NCBI GenBank assembly: GCA_041650915.1 | Contig: JBAZKE010000003.1 | Location: 85,226-149,225 of the forward strand | Reading direction: 5' to 3' | DNA: 64,000 nucleotides | From: Patescibacteria group bacterium | Lineage (GTDB): Bacteria > Patescibacteriota > Patescibacteriia > UBA10025 > JAHIVO01 | Shown here: positions 36,946 through 47,846 of the stretch, in pieces | Position numbering within the stretch: position 1 is the first letter of the stretch | How the letters are laid out: every line of letters begins with the position of its first letter | Program-made: the position numbers and the translations under genes | Notes under the pieces: generated by a model | What the model was told of the DNA's origin: nothing | The model's input: the letters and a program-made list of their open reading frames with translations, nothing else | Database searches by the model: none

Positions 36946-37761
36946 ATGGAATATATCTACCTGGGGGTGCTTTTTATCTCAGCCGGCCTGCTCGCAATAG
37001 CGTATTATTCGAGCGTTCCCGGCAGGGCTGAGCTCCAGGACCGCCTTCCGAATAAACCAACGAAACGCGCAATCATTCCGTCAGCCATGCTCATCCTGCT
37101 CCTCGGTGCGGGAATATGGTACATGGGTGCGGTATCAGTCGGGGCATTCCATCCCTCGAAGGTGCTGCTCGTAATTTTTGCGCTCCTTGTTTTTGAATCA
37201 TTTTTTATTCTCTCCCTTCGCTGGTTTCGTTCGAACACGTTTGCCGTGCTGGCGTGCTCCGCGGCGACCTGCCTCCTGTTCTGGGCATACTTTACGGTGC
37301 AGGTGTTTTTTATTTTCAACGGCATCGTGATCATCGCAACACTCGGTGCGGCGACCCTGCTCGTGCGGCTCGGGTACCTCCGTACGCGCCTGCTGTTTAT
37401 CGTCACTGTCCTATGGGTTGCATACGACGTCATGCTCGTCCGGTACGTGCTTCCGAACGTTACCGTGCCAGCTGACTCGCCAAGCCCCTCATTTTTATTT
37501 CCTGCCGTCACAGTCGGGCACGTGAGCCTCGGGAGCGGCGATTTCATGTTTCTATCCCTGTTCACGCTCGTGCTCCTCCGGGATTTTGGCAGGCTCTCGG
37601 CAGCTGTCCACGTCATCCTGCAGGGTACCCTCTATTTCATCACGGGCCTTGCGGTTCCCGAAGCGGGGTTTTTGCTGCCGTTTTTAGTTATCATGGCTCC
37701 CGCTTTTTTCCTCGTGTACGGTACGTCATACTACAGTAGCAGGGCGAAGCGCATATCATAA
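36946..37761 (+). CDS. Polytopic membrane protein with presenilin/SPP-like motifs (YD ... GSGD ... APA); candidate A22-type intramembrane aspartyl protease
   Basis: About 8 transmembrane segments. VAYDVMLV, then ~38 aa later LGSGDFMFL, then ~55 aa later VIMAPAFFL. The spacing matches the YD/GxGD/PAL layout. Confidence 0.35.
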   Translation: MEYIYLGVLFISAGLLAIAYYSSVPGRAELQDRLPNKPTKRAIIPSAMLILLLGAGIWYMGAVSVGAFHPSKVLLVIFALLVFESFFILSLRWFRSNTFAVLACSAATCLLFWAYFTVQVFFIFNGIVIIATLGAATLLVRLGYLRTRLLFIVTVLWVAYDVMLVRYVLPNVTVPADSPSPSFLFPAVTVGHVSLGSGDFMFLSLFTLVLLRDFGRLSAAVHVILQGTLYFITGLAVPEAGFLLPFLVIMAPAFFLVYGTSYYSSRAKRIS

Positions 37762-37768
37762 TGGCGAA

Positions 37769-37804
37769 TAAAAAAACCGCACGCTTCGGGACGTGCGGTT
37801 TTTA
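37769..37804. terminator. Bidirectional terminator between the membrane protein (+) and rpmB (-)
   Basis: AAAAAA-CCGCACG-cttcggga-CGTGCGG-TTTTT. Confidence 0.65.
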
Positions 37805-37814
37805 TCGATAGTAT

Positions 37815-37991
37815 TTACGCTCCTTTTTTTGTGAAGCTCTTGATGCAGCGGGCGCAGGCACGCACTTTCTTCCCTTGGTAAATGGTTTGTTGGAGATTGA
37901 GCTGCCGTTTCCGCTTCGTTGCTATATGCGAGTGGCTCCGCGTATTGCCGGCCTGAGCGCCGCGTCCACAGATTTGACACCGTTTTGACAT
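37815..37991 (-). CDS. rpmB: 50S ribosomal protein L28
   Basis: Hand translation of the minus strand gives MSKRCQICGRGAQAGNTRSHSHIATKRKRQLNLQQ..., the bL28 signature. It is missing from the ORF track (58 aa). Confidence 0.8.
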   Translation of the reverse strand: MSKRCQICGRGAQAGNTRSHSHIATKRKRQLNLQQTIYQGKKVRACARCIKSFTKKGA

Positions 37992-38067
37992 AAGTTGCCT
38001 TCGCTAATTAAATTGGTATACTTAACGGTACCACAGCGTGGCAATCAGTCAAGTATTAACATGCCGT

Positions 38068-38715
38068 ATGATCATCAACCTCCTTTTCACCGAACCGATT
38101 TACTTCATAGCAATTTTTGTTGCTCTCATCATTTCAATCAGCCTGCATGAGTTTGCGCACGTATTTACCGCCCACCTGCTCGGCGACAGCACAGGCGAGC
38201 GGGCGGGCCGGCTGACGCTCAATCCGCTCGCGCACCTCGATATGTGGGGTACGATTTCGATACTGCTCATCGGTTTCGGCTGGGGCAAGCCGGCGCCGTT
38301 TAATCCCTACAATCTGCGCGCGAAGCGGTTCGGCCCGGCGCTCGTCGCGCTCGGCGGCCCGCTCTCGAATTTTTTACTCATCGTGGTGTTCGGCATCATG
38401 CTGAAGCTGCTCTATCCGGTCCTCGGGCCTGCGAACTACCTGACTCTGTTCCTGAGTATTCTCGTGACCTTCAACGGCGTCCTGATGATATTCAACCTCA
38501 TACCGATACCGCCGCTCGATGGGTCGCACATACTTGAAGGCATCTTGGGTTCCCGCTTCGCAAACGTATCGGCCCTCCTCAATCGCTACGGCCCCCAGCT
38601 GCTCTTTGGGCTCATTTTTTTATCGATTTTTTTCGGATTGCCGATTTTTAGCTCGATAATTTACCCGATTATTCGCCAAATCAGCAGGGCGCTTGGCGTA
38701 CCGATTCTAATATGA
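38068..38715 (+). CDS. M50 family site-2 protease-like metalloprotease (small S2P/SpoIVFB type)
   Basis: An intramembrane HEFAH (HExxH) and a downstream NLIPIPPLDGSHI (LDG motif). An alternative GTG start lies at 38038. Confidence 0.75.
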   Translation: MIINLLFTEPIYFIAIFVALIISISLHEFAHVFTAHLLGDSTGERAGRLTLNPLAHLDMWGTISILLIGFGWGKPAPFNPYNLRAKRFGPALVALGGPLSNFLLIVVFGIMLKLLYPVLGPANYLTLFLSILVTFNGVLMIFNLIPIPPLDGSHILEGILGSRFANVSALLNRYGPQLLFGLIFLSIFFGLPIFSSIIYPIIRQISRALGVPILI

Positions 38716-38834
38716 TATAGTATTTGACACCCGGGGCGCTGCGTGCTATGCTGCTTGCAGCAATCGGGTATCGTCACTAGATACCTTTTTATTTACCCTT
38801 CTTATATTTATATACACCAGTACAGAAAGCGCGT

Positions 38835-39251
38835 ATGGCAACGGTAAGCCAATTAGTGAGAAAAGGCCGGAAAAAAGCCGGTAAAAAGACAAAAACGCCG
38901 GCACTTGAGCCAGTTCTCAACACCATCCGGCGGAAACGAACAAACCTGAAGAAGAGTTCGCCTTTTAAACGGGGAGTCTGCGTAAAGGTAACCACGGTTA
39001 CCCCGAAGAAACCGAACTCAGCGCTCAGAAAAATCGCCAGGGTTCGCCTTTCGAACGGCATGGAGGTGACTGCATACATACCCGGTGTCGGGCACAATCT
39101 GCAGGAGCACTCGATCGTGCTGATCAGGGGAGGGCGCGTCAAAGACCTTCCGGGCGTCAGGTACCATATTGTGCGCGGCGTGTATGACACTCAGGGCGTT
39201 TCAGATCGGAAACAGAGCCGGAGTATGTACGGCACGAAGCGGGAAAAGTAG
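38835..39251 (+). CDS. rpsL: 30S ribosomal protein S12
   Basis: uS12 signature KPNSALRK...[14 protein letters not shown]. Confidence 0.95.
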   Translation: MATVSQLVRKGRKKAGKKTKTPALEPVLNTIRRKRTNLKKSSPFKRGVCVKVTTVTPKKPNSALRKIARVRLSNGMEVTAYIPGVGHNLQEHSIVLIRGGRVKDLPGVRYHIVRGVYDTQGVSDRKQSRSMYGTKREK

Positions 39252-39286
39252 CCGATTTATTGGATATACTTACGTAGGCACGATCT

Positions 39287-39751
39287 ATGAGAGGAAAGAA
39301 AAGATTGAAGCGAAAGGTTGCTCCGGATCCGAAGCACGGCAGCGATGTGATCGCAAAATTCATCAATCTCATCATGCATGGCGGAAAAAAGGGCGTTGCG
39401 CAGCAAGCTGTCTACGACGCATTGGATATTATTGCCGCGAAGACGAAGGGTGATGCGGTTGAGGTCTTCAACCAGGCAATGAAGAACGTTTCACCCATCC
39501 TCGAGGTGAAGTCGAGACGCATCGGCGGTGCAAACTACCAGGTTCCGATCGAGGTCAAAGGGGACCGGAAGCATGCGCTCGCGATGCGCTGGATAATCGG
39601 CGCTGCGAGGAAAAGAAAGGGCAAGCCGATGCGGGAAAAACTCGCGCTGGAGCTCATGGATGCTGCAAACAAGCAGGGTGATGCCGTGAAGAAGAAGGAA
39701 GATGTGCACCGGATGGCAGAGGCAAACAGGGCATTCGCCCACTTCGCGTAG
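39287..39751 (+). CDS. rpsG: 30S ribosomal protein S7
   Basis: The uS7 translation is recognisable. Confidence 0.95.
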   Translation: MRGKKRLKRKVAPDPKHGSDVIAKFINLIMHGGKKGVAQQAVYDALDIIAAKTKGDAVEVFNQAMKNVSPILEVKSRRIGGANYQVPIEVKGDRKHALAMRWIIGAARKRKGKPMREKLALELMDAANKQGDAVKKKEDVHRMAEANRAFAHFA

Positions 39752-39844
39752 GCATATGAAGATTCCTGCGTGCATTCTTGCTGTACGAGGGAATTTTTTC
39801 TTTAAAGAAGCGTACAACTAACCACTAAGAGGTTTATCGAGCAT

Positions 39845-41920
39845 ATGGCACGAGAGTACAGTTTGGAAAAGACTCGCAATATAGGAATAATCGCGCACAT
39901 TGACGCCGGGAAGACGACTGTTACCGAGCGGATTCTGTACTATACCGGCAAGAAGCATAAGATAGGCGAGGTACACGAGGGTGAAGCCGAGATGGACTGG
40001 ATGGAGCAAGAGCGTGAGCGCGGCATTACGATCACCTCAGCCGCGACAACCTGCTTTTGGAATCACCACCGCATTAACATCATCGATACGCCGGGGCACA
40101 TTGATTTTACCGTTGAGGTGCAGCGGAGCCTCCGCGTGCTCGACGGCGGTTTTATCGTTTTTGACGGCGTTGCCGGCGTTGAGCCGCAGTCCGAAACCGT
40201 ATTCCACCAGGCGGAAAAGTTTGAAGTTCCGCTCATGGGTTTCGTTAATAAGATGGATCGGACGGGAGCTGACTTTTATGCTGATATTGCGGCAATCAGG
40301 GAGCGCCTGACGCCAAACGCCGTTCCGCTGCAGCTTCCCATCGGCGCTGAGAGCAGCTTTATCGGCATCATTGATTTGCTCGAGCAGAAGGCGCGCGTGT
40401 ACAAGGATGAGATGGGCAAGGAGTGGGAAGACCGGGACATACCGGATGATATGAAAGAAAAAACAGCCCAGTTCCGCAATGAGCTCATTGAGAAAGTCGC
40501 AGAGCAGGATGATGGTTTACTGCAGCAGTTTCTGGACGGCAAGGAACTCGCGCTCGGTGATATCAAACGGGTGCTCCGGAAGGGCACGATCGCGCGGACG
40601 ATCATGCCGATCTTTGTCGGCAGCGCACTCAAGAACAAAGGCGTGCAATTTTTACTCGATGCAGTGGTCGACTATCTCCCGTCGCCGCTCGATGTGCCGA
40701 ATGTAACGGGAATGCTTCCCGGAAAGGACGGACAGGCTGTGGAAAGAAAAACTGCCGATGAGGAAAAATTTTCCGCACTCGCATTCAAAGTTGCTACGGA
40801 TCCGTACGTCGGCACTTTGACGTTTTTCAGGACTTACTCCGGGACGCTCAAGGCTGGCTCATACGTTCTCAATGCCCGGTCCGGAAAAAGTGAGCGCATT
40901 GGCCGGATTGTCCGTATGCACGCAAACCGCCGCGAAGAGGTAGATGAGGTGTTCGCGGGCGAAATTGCGGCAGCGGTCGGCCTCAAGGATTCTACGACCG
41001 GGGATACGCTCTGTGACAAGGAACATCCAATTATTCTCGAGTCGATAACGTTTCCCGACCCCGTTATCAGAGTGGCAATTGAGCCGAAGACAAAAGCGGA
41101 TCAGGAGAAAATGGGCACTGCGCTCGCGAAACTCATGGGGGAAGACCCGACTTTCAAAGTTAATACTGATGAGGACACGAATCAGACCATTATCGCCGGC
41201 ATGGGCGAGCTTCACCTCGAAATTATTGTTGATAGGATGAAGCGCGAATTTAAGGTTGACGCGAGCGTCGGCAAACCGCAGGTTGCTTACAAAGAGACCA
41301 TCACGAAAATCGCGGAAGCAGAAGGCAAGTACATCCGCCAGTCCGGCGGCCGTGGGCAGTATGGGCACTGTGTCGTCCGGGTCGAGCCGCAGGAGCGGGG
41401 AGCAGGCTTTGAGTTTGTGAATGAGGTGCGGGGTGGAAATATCCCGTCGGAATACATCCCTGCTATAGAAAAAGGGGCTCGAGAAGCGCTGGACCGCGGT
41501 GTCATTGCGCACTACCCGCTCGTTGACGTCAAGCTGACCGTTCTGGACGGCTCATACCACGATGTTGATTCTTCTGAGGCCGCTTTTAAAATAGCAGGTT
41601 CGATGGGGCTCCAGGCAGCGGCGAAGCAAGCCGGTCCCGTGCTGCTCGAACCGATCATGAAAGTTGAGGTCGTGACTCCCGAGCAGTACATGGGCGATGT
41701 GATCGGAGACCTCAATTCAAAGCGTGCAACCGTAAAGGAGATGACTGACCGCGGAAGGATAAAAGTCATCGACGCGGATGTGCCGCTCGCGCAGATGTTT
41801 GGCTACGCCACGCAGCTGCGGTCAATGTCTCAGGGGCGTGCTTCGTACTCGATGGAGTTCTCAAACTATGAGATCGTGCCCAAGAATGTGCTCGCTCAAA
41901 TAATCGGGGAAAAAGAGTAG
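39845..41920 (+). CDS. fusA: Elongation factor G
   Basis: G-domain motifs [17 protein letters not shown] and NKMD. 691 aa. Confidence 0.95.
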   Translation: MAREYSLEKTRNIGIIAHIDAGKTTVTERILYYTGKKHKIGEVHEGEAEMDWMEQERERGITITSAATTCFWNHHRINIIDTPGHIDFTVEVQRSLRVLDGGFIVFDGVAGVEPQSETVFHQAEKFEVPLMGFVNKMDRTGADFYADIAAIRERLTPNAVPLQLPIGAESSFIGIIDLLEQKARVYKDEMGKEWEDRDIPDDMKEKTAQFRNELIEKVAEQDDGLLQQFLDGKELALGDIKRVLRKGTIARTIMPIFVGSALKNKGVQFLLDAVVDYLPSPLDVPNVTGMLPGKDGQAVERKTADEEKFSALAFKVATDPYVGTLTFFRTYSGTLKAGSYVLNARSGKSERIGRIVRMHANRREEVDEVFAGEIAAAVGLKDSTTGDTLCDKEHPIILESITFPDPVIRVAIEPKTKADQEKMGTALAKLMGEDPTFKVNTDEDTNQTIIAGMGELHLEIIVDRMKREFKVDASVGKPQVAYKETITKIAEAEGKYIRQSGGRGQYGHCVVRVEPQERGAGFEFVNEVRGGNIPSEYIPAIEKGAREALDRGVIAHYPLVDVKLTVLDGSYHDVDSSEAAFKIAGSMGLQAAAKQAGPVLLEPIMKVEVVTPEQYMGDVIGDLNSKRATVKEMTDRGRIKVIDADVPLAQMFGYATQLRSMSQGRASYSMEFSNYEIVPKNVLAQIIGEKE

Positions 41921-41982
41921 CTCCTGCACAGCACGGCGGCCGGCTGAGCGAATTGGTACTGTTCATACGTAATCTATATAGT

Positions 41983-42549
41983 ATGGCAATGCCCGAAGGC
42001 AGCAAGCGAATTCAAACAGTCAGCGGTATCGTCTTGCTTATTGTCGTTGTTATGCTCATCGGGGTTTACTATCTCTGGCTCGTCGCCCGTGAAGATGAAC
42101 CCGTGATGAATACGACGCTCGTGCAGGTGCCGCAGCGTGAGGCGGCGGATACAGGGGCGGAAGCCGAAGCAGCAGGGCAGGCGACGCTCTACAGCAGTTT
42201 GGAGCATGGATTTGGTGTCGAGTATCCCGTCGGCTGGGACATCGAAACCCTGCAAACGGGCGACGGCGATTCGAGCATTTCTACGGTCCGCTTTTCCGGT
42301 GGCGACGAAACGGTTGATATCATCATTACAGATCAGGGCATGGAGGGCATTATCGCAAATTCAATTTCGATTGATGCGGAGTCGGAAATAGCAGTCAGCG
42401 GCCAGCGTGCCCGTCTCCTCGAAGGGGGAAACATGAAGGATGGGTCCCCGCTTAATATGGTTTTGCTTGTCAATGGCGATACGCTGTATGCGATTACCGG
42501 ATTAGGAGATAGTTTCAATAGTATCGTGGAGCATTTTTCTTTGCAGTAA
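41983..42549 (+). CDS. Hypothetical membrane-anchored protein inserted between fusA and tuf
   Basis: One N-terminal transmembrane helix, then an acidic extracytoplasmic domain. No recognisable family. Confidence 0.5.
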   Translation: MAMPEGSKRIQTVSGIVLLIVVVMLIGVYYLWLVAREDEPVMNTTLVQVPQREAADTGAEAEAAGQATLYSSLEHGFGVEYPVGWDIETLQTGDGDSSISTVRFSGGDETVDIIITDQGMEGIIANSISIDAESEIAVSGQRARLLEGGNMKDGSPLNMVLLVNGDTLYAITGLGDSFNSIVEHFSLQ

Positions 42550-42831
42550 ATATCCACATTTCTGGGGATAATCAAGTTGATTATAGAGGGCTGGTAGTTA
42601 TTTTTTGCTAATATTAGCTGAAAGTATACTAGTGAATAGATCTGACGGAATATGCATCCGACCCTCGGCTTGCTAAAAAATGCCATCGCTGCTATAATGC
42701 ACATTGCTATTTTAAAAGAAGGGTCTATACGTATTGACAACCGATAGCCCTTCGCGTATCCTTACGGGATACTACATGCTTTTATCAATTATTTAAGACT
42801 TATTTAAGACTATTAAGTACGAGTCACTACT

Positions 42832-44016
42832 ATGACTGCTAAATTTGAAAGAACAAAGACACACGTAAATGTTGGTACCATTGGCCACGTTGACCACGGT
42901 AAAACAACCCTTACCGCAGCAATACTCAAGGTGCTGAAAGATAAAGGTTTCTCTGCCCAGGATAAAACAGTGGATCAGATCGACAATGCCCCAGAGGAAA
43001 AAGCGCGTGGCATTACCATTGCGACCGCGCACGTCGAATACGAAACTGAAAAGCGGCACTACGCGCACATCGACTGCCCGGGGCACGCTGATTACGTTAA
43101 AAATATGATTACCGGCGCAGCTCAGATGGACGGCGCCATTCTTGTCGTTTCGGCCGCTGACGGCCCGATGCCGCAGACACGCGAGCATATCCTGCTCGCA
43201 AACCAGGTTGGCGTGAAGAATATCATCGTATTCCTCAATAAAGTTGATATGGTTGATGACAAGGAGTTGATTGACCTCGTTGAAGTTGAGGTGCGCGACT
43301 TGCTTAAGAAGTACGAGTACCCGGGCGATACCACCCCCGTTATCAAGGGTTCTGCATTGCGGGCGATTGAGGGTGACGAGAAGGCGGTTGCGTCAATCAT
43401 GGAGCTCATGAAAGCGATTGATGAGAATATCCCCGAGCCGGAGCGCGATGTTACGAAGCCTTTCCTCATGCCGGTGGAAGATATTTTTTCGATTGAAGGC
43501 AGGGGTACCGTCGTGACCGGAAAAATCGAGCGCGGCGTCATCAAGATTAATGAGGAAGTTGAAATTGTCGGCATTAAAGATACTTCCAAGACCGTCGTGA
43601 CTGGAATAGAAATGTTTAACAAGCAGCTTGATGAAGGGCGCGCGGGCGATAATGCAGGACTGCTCATTCGCGGCACCAAAAAGGAAGAGGTAGAGCGGGG
43701 GCAGGTTATTGCAAAGCCAGGCACTGTTACGCCGCATACTGAGTTTGAAGCGCAGATATACATTCTCAATAAAGAAGAGGGCGGCCGCCATACCCCGTTT
43801 TTTAAGGGGTACAAGCCGCAATTCTATATCCGTACGACTGACGTAACCGGCGAGGTGCAGCTTCCAGAAAATACCGAGATGATCATGCCGGGAGACGAGG
43901 TGACGCTCAAGGTCAAGCTGATTGTGCCGATTGCGCTCGAAGAGCAGCAGCGTTTCGCTATCCGGGAAGGCGGGCATACCGTCGGGGCAGGCGTTATTAC
44001 TAAAATAATTAAATAG
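42832..44016 (+). CDS. tuf: Elongation factor Tu
   Basis: [18 protein letters not shown] and NKVD. Confidence 0.95.
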   Translation: MTAKFERTKTHVNVGTIGHVDHGKTTLTAAILKVLKDKGFSAQDKTVDQIDNAPEEKARGITIATAHVEYETEKRHYAHIDCPGHADYVKNMITGAAQMDGAILVVSAADGPMPQTREHILLANQVGVKNIIVFLNKVDMVDDKELIDLVEVEVRDLLKKYEYPGDTTPVIKGSALRAIEGDEKAVASIMELMKAIDENIPEPERDVTKPFLMPVEDIFSIEGRGTVVTGKIERGVIKINEEVEIVGIKDTSKTVVTGIEMFNKQLDEGRAGDNAGLLIRGTKKEEVERGQVIAKPGTVTPHTEFEAQIYILNKEEGGRHTPFFKGYKPQFYIRTTDVTGEVQLPENTEMIMPGDEVTLKVKLIVPIALEEQQRFAIREGGHTVGAGVITKIIK

Positions 44017-44111
44017 ACAATGGTTTTTGAGGATTCCAGGCGATAACCTGGGATCTTCTTACAGCCGGCGTTAACAAAATTGTTAGTTTCCAATCGAGCA
44101 CGTGATATCCT

Positions 44112-44486
44112 ATGGCAGACGAGAAACCAAAGAAGCAGGCGGAAGCTGCCGATGATGCAGCAGTAGAAGGCACTGATGAAGTTCAGCAGCGGGTCCGTAT
44201 TCGTATCCGCGCTTACGACCACAAAATTATTGACCAGTCAACCCATACGATACTCGAGACTGCAGCCCGAAGCGGCGCCCAGACAAAGGGCCCCATTCCG
44301 CTCCCGACGGAGAAGAAGAAGTATACAGTCAATAAATCAACTTTCGTCCATAAGGATTCACGTGAGCAGTACGAGATGCGCATACATAAGCGTCTTATAG
44401 ATATCATCAACCCAACCGCGAAGACGATCGATTCGATGATGAGCTTGAACCTGCCGGCGGGCGTAGATATCGAGATTAAAATGTAG
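44112..44486 (+). CDS. rpsJ: 30S ribosomal protein S10 with a ~25-aa acidic N-terminal extension
   Basis: [15 protein letters not shown]...IPLPTEKK... The true start may be internal. Confidence 0.85.
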   Translation: MADEKPKKQAEAADDAAVEGTDEVQQRVRIRIRAYDHKIIDQSTHTILETAARSGAQTKGPIPLPTEKKKYTVNKSTFVHKDSREQYEMRIHKRLIDIINPTAKTIDSMMSLNLPAGVDIEIKM

Positions 44487-44597
44487 GGCGCTCCTGTGGA
44501 CCATTCTTAGTTCAATACGTACGGTGAATAGGTTCTAGAGATGATAATTCGGTTTTCGCTCGGTTAATCTCTAGATAACGATTTTCCAGAAACATGA

Positions 44598-44649
44598 AAC
44601 CGGTTTGTGCCGGATTCCTGAAATCTGGCACTCGTAGTCCGGTTTTTTT
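44598..44649 (+). terminator. Terminator/attenuator-like hairpin plus T-run inside the S10 operon, between rpsJ and rplC
   Basis: AAACCGG..GTGCC..GGCAC..CCGGTTTTTTT nested stems. Confidence 0.35.
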
Positions 44650-44696
44650 AGTAGCTACATCCGCCGTACGGTACGGTTACATCAATACACCCAACA

Positions 44697-45473
44697 ATGA
44701 AATTCATCATCGGAAAAAAAATTGAAATGACCCAGCGTTTTGCCGAGGACGGAAGTGTCGTGCCGGTTACTATTGTCGAGGCGGGCCCATGTATCGTTTC
44801 GCAGGTTAAGACGGCCGAGCGCGACGGGTATAGTGCAGTCCAGGTTGGTTTCGGTACCGCAAAGAAGCTCTCGAAAGCAGAGCGGGGCCACATGAAAAAC
44901 CTCGGTGCGGTCAAACACCTCCGTGAATTCAGGATGGCGCAGATGCCAGAGCTCAAGCGCGGCGACACGATCACCGCTGCGGTGTTTGTACCGGGAGATT
45001 TGGTTACCGTCCGGGGCATTTCGAAAGGCAAAGGCTTCCAGGGCGTTGTAAGGCGGCACGGTTTCAGCGGCAGCCTGGCTACGCACGGGCACAAAGACCA
45101 GCTGCGCATGCCGGGCTCAATCGGTTCGACTGATTCAGGCCGTGTATTCAAGGGCACCCGAATGGGCGGCCACATGGGATCAAACAGCATCACGCTTAAA
45201 AACTTGGCTGTTGTGGAGGTCAATGCAGAAAAGAATCTGCTGTACATCCGTGGGGCGGTGCCGGGGTCACGCGGAGGGCTGCTGGTTATCAGCACAGATG
45301 GCGTAATGAATTTGAGCGTACCTCCGTCTGCTGGAAATGCAGTAAAAAAAGGCGATGCGGACGGCAAACAAGCCGCGCCTCAAAAAGGGCAGGGTGAGAT
45401 TCCAGCAAAACCGCAGCCAAAGGGACCATCGGATAGCGCAGAGAAACAAAAAGGAGGAAAGAGCAAGAAGTAG
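44697..45473 (+). CDS. rplC: 50S ribosomal protein L3 with a Lys-rich C-terminal extension
   Basis: uL3 core, plus a ~50-aa extra tail (..KGDADGKQAAPQKGQGE..KGGKSKK). Confidence 0.9.
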   Translation: MKFIIGKKIEMTQRFAEDGSVVPVTIVEAGPCIVSQVKTAERDGYSAVQVGFGTAKKLSKAERGHMKNLGAVKHLREFRMAQMPELKRGDTITAAVFVPGDLVTVRGISKGKGFQGVVRRHGFSGSLATHGHKDQLRMPGSIGSTDSGRVFKGTRMGGHMGSNSITLKNLAVVEVNAEKNLLYIRGAVPGSRGGLLVISTDGVMNLSVPPSAGNAVKKGDADGKQAAPQKGQGEIPAKPQPKGPSDSAEKQKGGKSKK

Positions 45474-45479
45474 TATTCT

Positions 45480-46109
45480 ATGGCAAAGGTAACGGTATAC
45501 AATTCAGAAGGAAAGAGCGCGGGCGAGGTGGTACTCGATCAGAAGGTATTTGGCGTCGATATCAAGCCTGAGCTCGTCCAGCAAGCCGTGCGTACGCAGA
45601 TGGCTAATCGCAGGATTGTTCTCGCCCATACGAAGGATCGATCGGAAGTGCGCGGCGGGGGCAAGAAACCGTGGCGCCAGAAAGGCACCGGCAGGTCACG
45701 GCATGGCTCTATACGGTCCCCGCTGTGGAAGGGAGGCGGCGTTACGTTCGGCCCCCTGAGCAACCGTAATTTCGAGCTCAAGATGAATAAGAAGGCACGC
45801 CGAAAGGCGCTCTTGATGTGCCTCACCGCGCGTGCAGCAGCGAAAGAGCTCATCGTTATTGACACCATTGATATGAAGGGCGGGAAAACAAAAGCTGCCA
45901 TGGGGTTCTTCAAGAAACTGCCGGTGAAGGGGAGCGTTCTCCTGGTCGTACCGAAGCTTGAACAGCAGATAGTCCGTGCAACCCGTAATATTCCGAGCGT
46001 TAAGGTCATACGGGCAGACAGCATTAATGTCGTCGATCTCCTTTCGTTCCACTTCATCGTGGCTGCCAAGGGCAGCTTGGATATTATCAAGAAGACGTAT
46101 CTCGCATAG
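45480..46109 (+). CDS. rplD: 50S ribosomal protein L4
   Basis: uL4 translation. Confidence 0.9.
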   Translation: MAKVTVYNSEGKSAGEVVLDQKVFGVDIKPELVQQAVRTQMANRRIVLAHTKDRSEVRGGGKKPWRQKGTGRSRHGSIRSPLWKGGGVTFGPLSNRNFELKMNKKARRKALLMCLTARAAAKELIVIDTIDMKGGKTKAAMGFFKKLPVKGSVLLVVPKLEQQIVRATRNIPSVKVIRADSINVVDLLSFHFIVAAKGSLDIIKKTYLA

Positions 46110-46113
46110 CGTT

Positions 46114-46581
46114 ATGGGATTATTTGATAAATTTAAATTTAAGAAAAAGCCTGAGCGGAAGCTCGAGCGCAAACCGGGGCCGCCGCAGCACAGTGCACCG
46201 AAGCAGCCAGTCGTGACTCCGGATGGGAAGCTCGTCAATGCTCCGAAGAAAGAGGGCGCAAAGCCGAAGAAAGCGAAGGCGAAGAAGCTCGATACCGGTG
46301 ATGCATACCGCGTTCTCTTACGCCCGCTTATCACGGAGAAGGGGTCTATGCTCGGCGTGAACAACCAGTACGCCTTTGAGGTTGCCCCAAGCAGCAATAA
46401 GGTAGAGGTCCGAAAAGCAATTCGGAAGGTATATGGCATTGATCCGATTAAGGTGAACGTGCTCAACGTATCGGGCAAGCAGGTTCGCTACGGACGCGCG
46501 GAGGGGGTCACGAAGCATTGGAAAAAGGCTATCGTGACGCTGCCCGAAGGCCAAAAAATTGATATTCAAGAGGGGCTCTAG
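46114..46581 (+). CDS. rplW: 50S ribosomal protein L23 with a Lys-rich N-terminal extension
   Basis: uL23 core YRVLLRPLITEKG... preceded by ~55 aa of K/P/A-rich sequence. Confidence 0.85.
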   Translation: MGLFDKFKFKKKPERKLERKPGPPQHSAPKQPVVTPDGKLVNAPKKEGAKPKKAKAKKLDTGDAYRVLLRPLITEKGSMLGVNNQYAFEVAPSSNKVEVRKAIRKVYGIDPIKVNVLNVSGKQVRYGRAEGVTKHWKKAIVTLPEGQKIDIQEGL

Positions 46582-46590
46582 TATACTCCT

Positions 46591-47433
46591 ATGGCAATAA
46601 AGAAATACAAACCAACTACGCCGGGACGAAGGGGAGCTTCAGTGGTGAATCATGCTGAGCTCACGAAAAAACGGCCGGAGAGAAAGCTGATTGTGATCAG
46701 GAAGCAAGCTGCAGGCCGGAATAGCGGCGGAAAAATTACCGTTCGGCACCGAGGCGGCGGGCATAAACGTTTTCTGAGGGTTATTGACAGCCAGCATGAC
46801 CGGCTCGATCAGCCCGCAACTGTCAAGGCGATAGAGTACGATCCGAACCGATCAGCCTGGCTCGCACTCGTTGAGTATACGGACGGAGAAAAACGGTATA
46901 TTATTGCGCCGGCGGAACTGAAGGTCGGTGCGGTCATCGTAAATTCGACAAAAGAAGCGCCAATCAGGGTCGGCAACCGGTTGCCACTCGGGAAAATACC
47001 GGTCGGCATTACCGTGCATGATTTGGAGCTGCATCCGGGCACCAAGGCGTCGATCGTCCGTTCCGCAGGTTCGGGCGCGATCATCCAGTCAGTTGAAGGC
47101 GATGCAGCCCAGCTTCGCCTCCCATCCGGTGAAATCAGGATATTCCATATTGATTGCATGGCGACGATAGGGCAAGTCTCGAATATTGACCACAATAAAA
47201 TACGCCTAGGTAAAGCCGGCAAGAAACGGTGGCTCGGAAAGCGCCCGGCTGTCCGGGGCAAAGCGATGAATCCAGTAGATCATCCGCACGGCGGCGGCGA
47301 GGGCAGCAATCCGATCGGGCTCAAGCACCCGAAGACTCCGTGGGGCAAGCCGGCGCTGGGGGTACGGACGAGGCGGAAAGATAAAAGCTCAGACAGGTAC
47401 ATCGTACGCCGGAGGAGCAAGAAACGGCGCTAG
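46591..47433 (+). CDS. rplB: 50S ribosomal protein L2
   Basis: uL2 signature (..[12 protein letters not shown].., ..PHGGGEG). Confidence 0.95.
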   Translation: MAIKKYKPTTPGRRGASVVNHAELTKKRPERKLIVIRKQAAGRNSGGKITVRHRGGGHKRFLRVIDSQHDRLDQPATVKAIEYDPNRSAWLALVEYTDGEKRYIIAPAELKVGAVIVNSTKEAPIRVGNRLPLGKIPVGITVHDLELHPGTKASIVRSAGSGAIIQSVEGDAAQLRLPSGEIRIFHIDCMATIGQVSNIDHNKIRLGKAGKKRWLGKRPAVRGKAMNPVDHPHGGGEGSNPIGLKHPKTPWGKPALGVRTRRKDKSSDRYIVRRRSKKRR

Positions 47434-47456
47434 AAGAGAATAATACTCATAACTTT

Positions 47457-47843
47457 ATGTCACGAAGTTTAAAAAAAGGCCCATTCACGGATCCGAAGCT
47501 TCTCAAAAAAGTTTCGAACTTGAAGCAGGGCGATAAGACCATTATCAAGACCTGGTCCCGCTCCTCGGTAATCACTCCGGAAATGGTCGGTTTCTCGTTC
47601 GGCGTGCACAACGGCAAGGAACATATTACTGTGTATGTTATTGAGAATATGGTCGGCCACCGGCTCGGTGAGTTTGCGCAAACGCGCAGGTTCGTGCGGC
47701 ACGGCGGCAAGATGCAGCGCGAACAGGCTGCAGCTGCAGCGGCAACTCAGCAGAATGAAGCCGTCGCCCTGCAGAAGGGTGCCCCGAGTGCCGGAGCAGG
47801 CAAAGAAGCTACGAAATCCGCTGAAGATAAGAAAGATTCATAA
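47457..47843 (+). CDS. rpsS: 30S ribosomal protein S19 with a C-terminal extension
   Basis: uS19 core, plus a ~35-aa Ala/Lys tail. Confidence 0.9.
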   Translation: MSRSLKKGPFTDPKLLKKVSNLKQGDKTIIKTWSRSSVITPEMVGFSFGVHNGKEHITVYVIENMVGHRLGEFAQTRRFVRHGGKMQREQAAAAAATQQNEAVALQKGAPSAGAGKEATKSAEDKKDS

Positions 47844-47846
47844 CGT

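Noticed and set aside
37756-37980. 74-aa minus-strand ORF from the track
   Set aside because: Wrong frame. The real gene here is rpmB (L28), in another minus-strand frame at 37815-37991.
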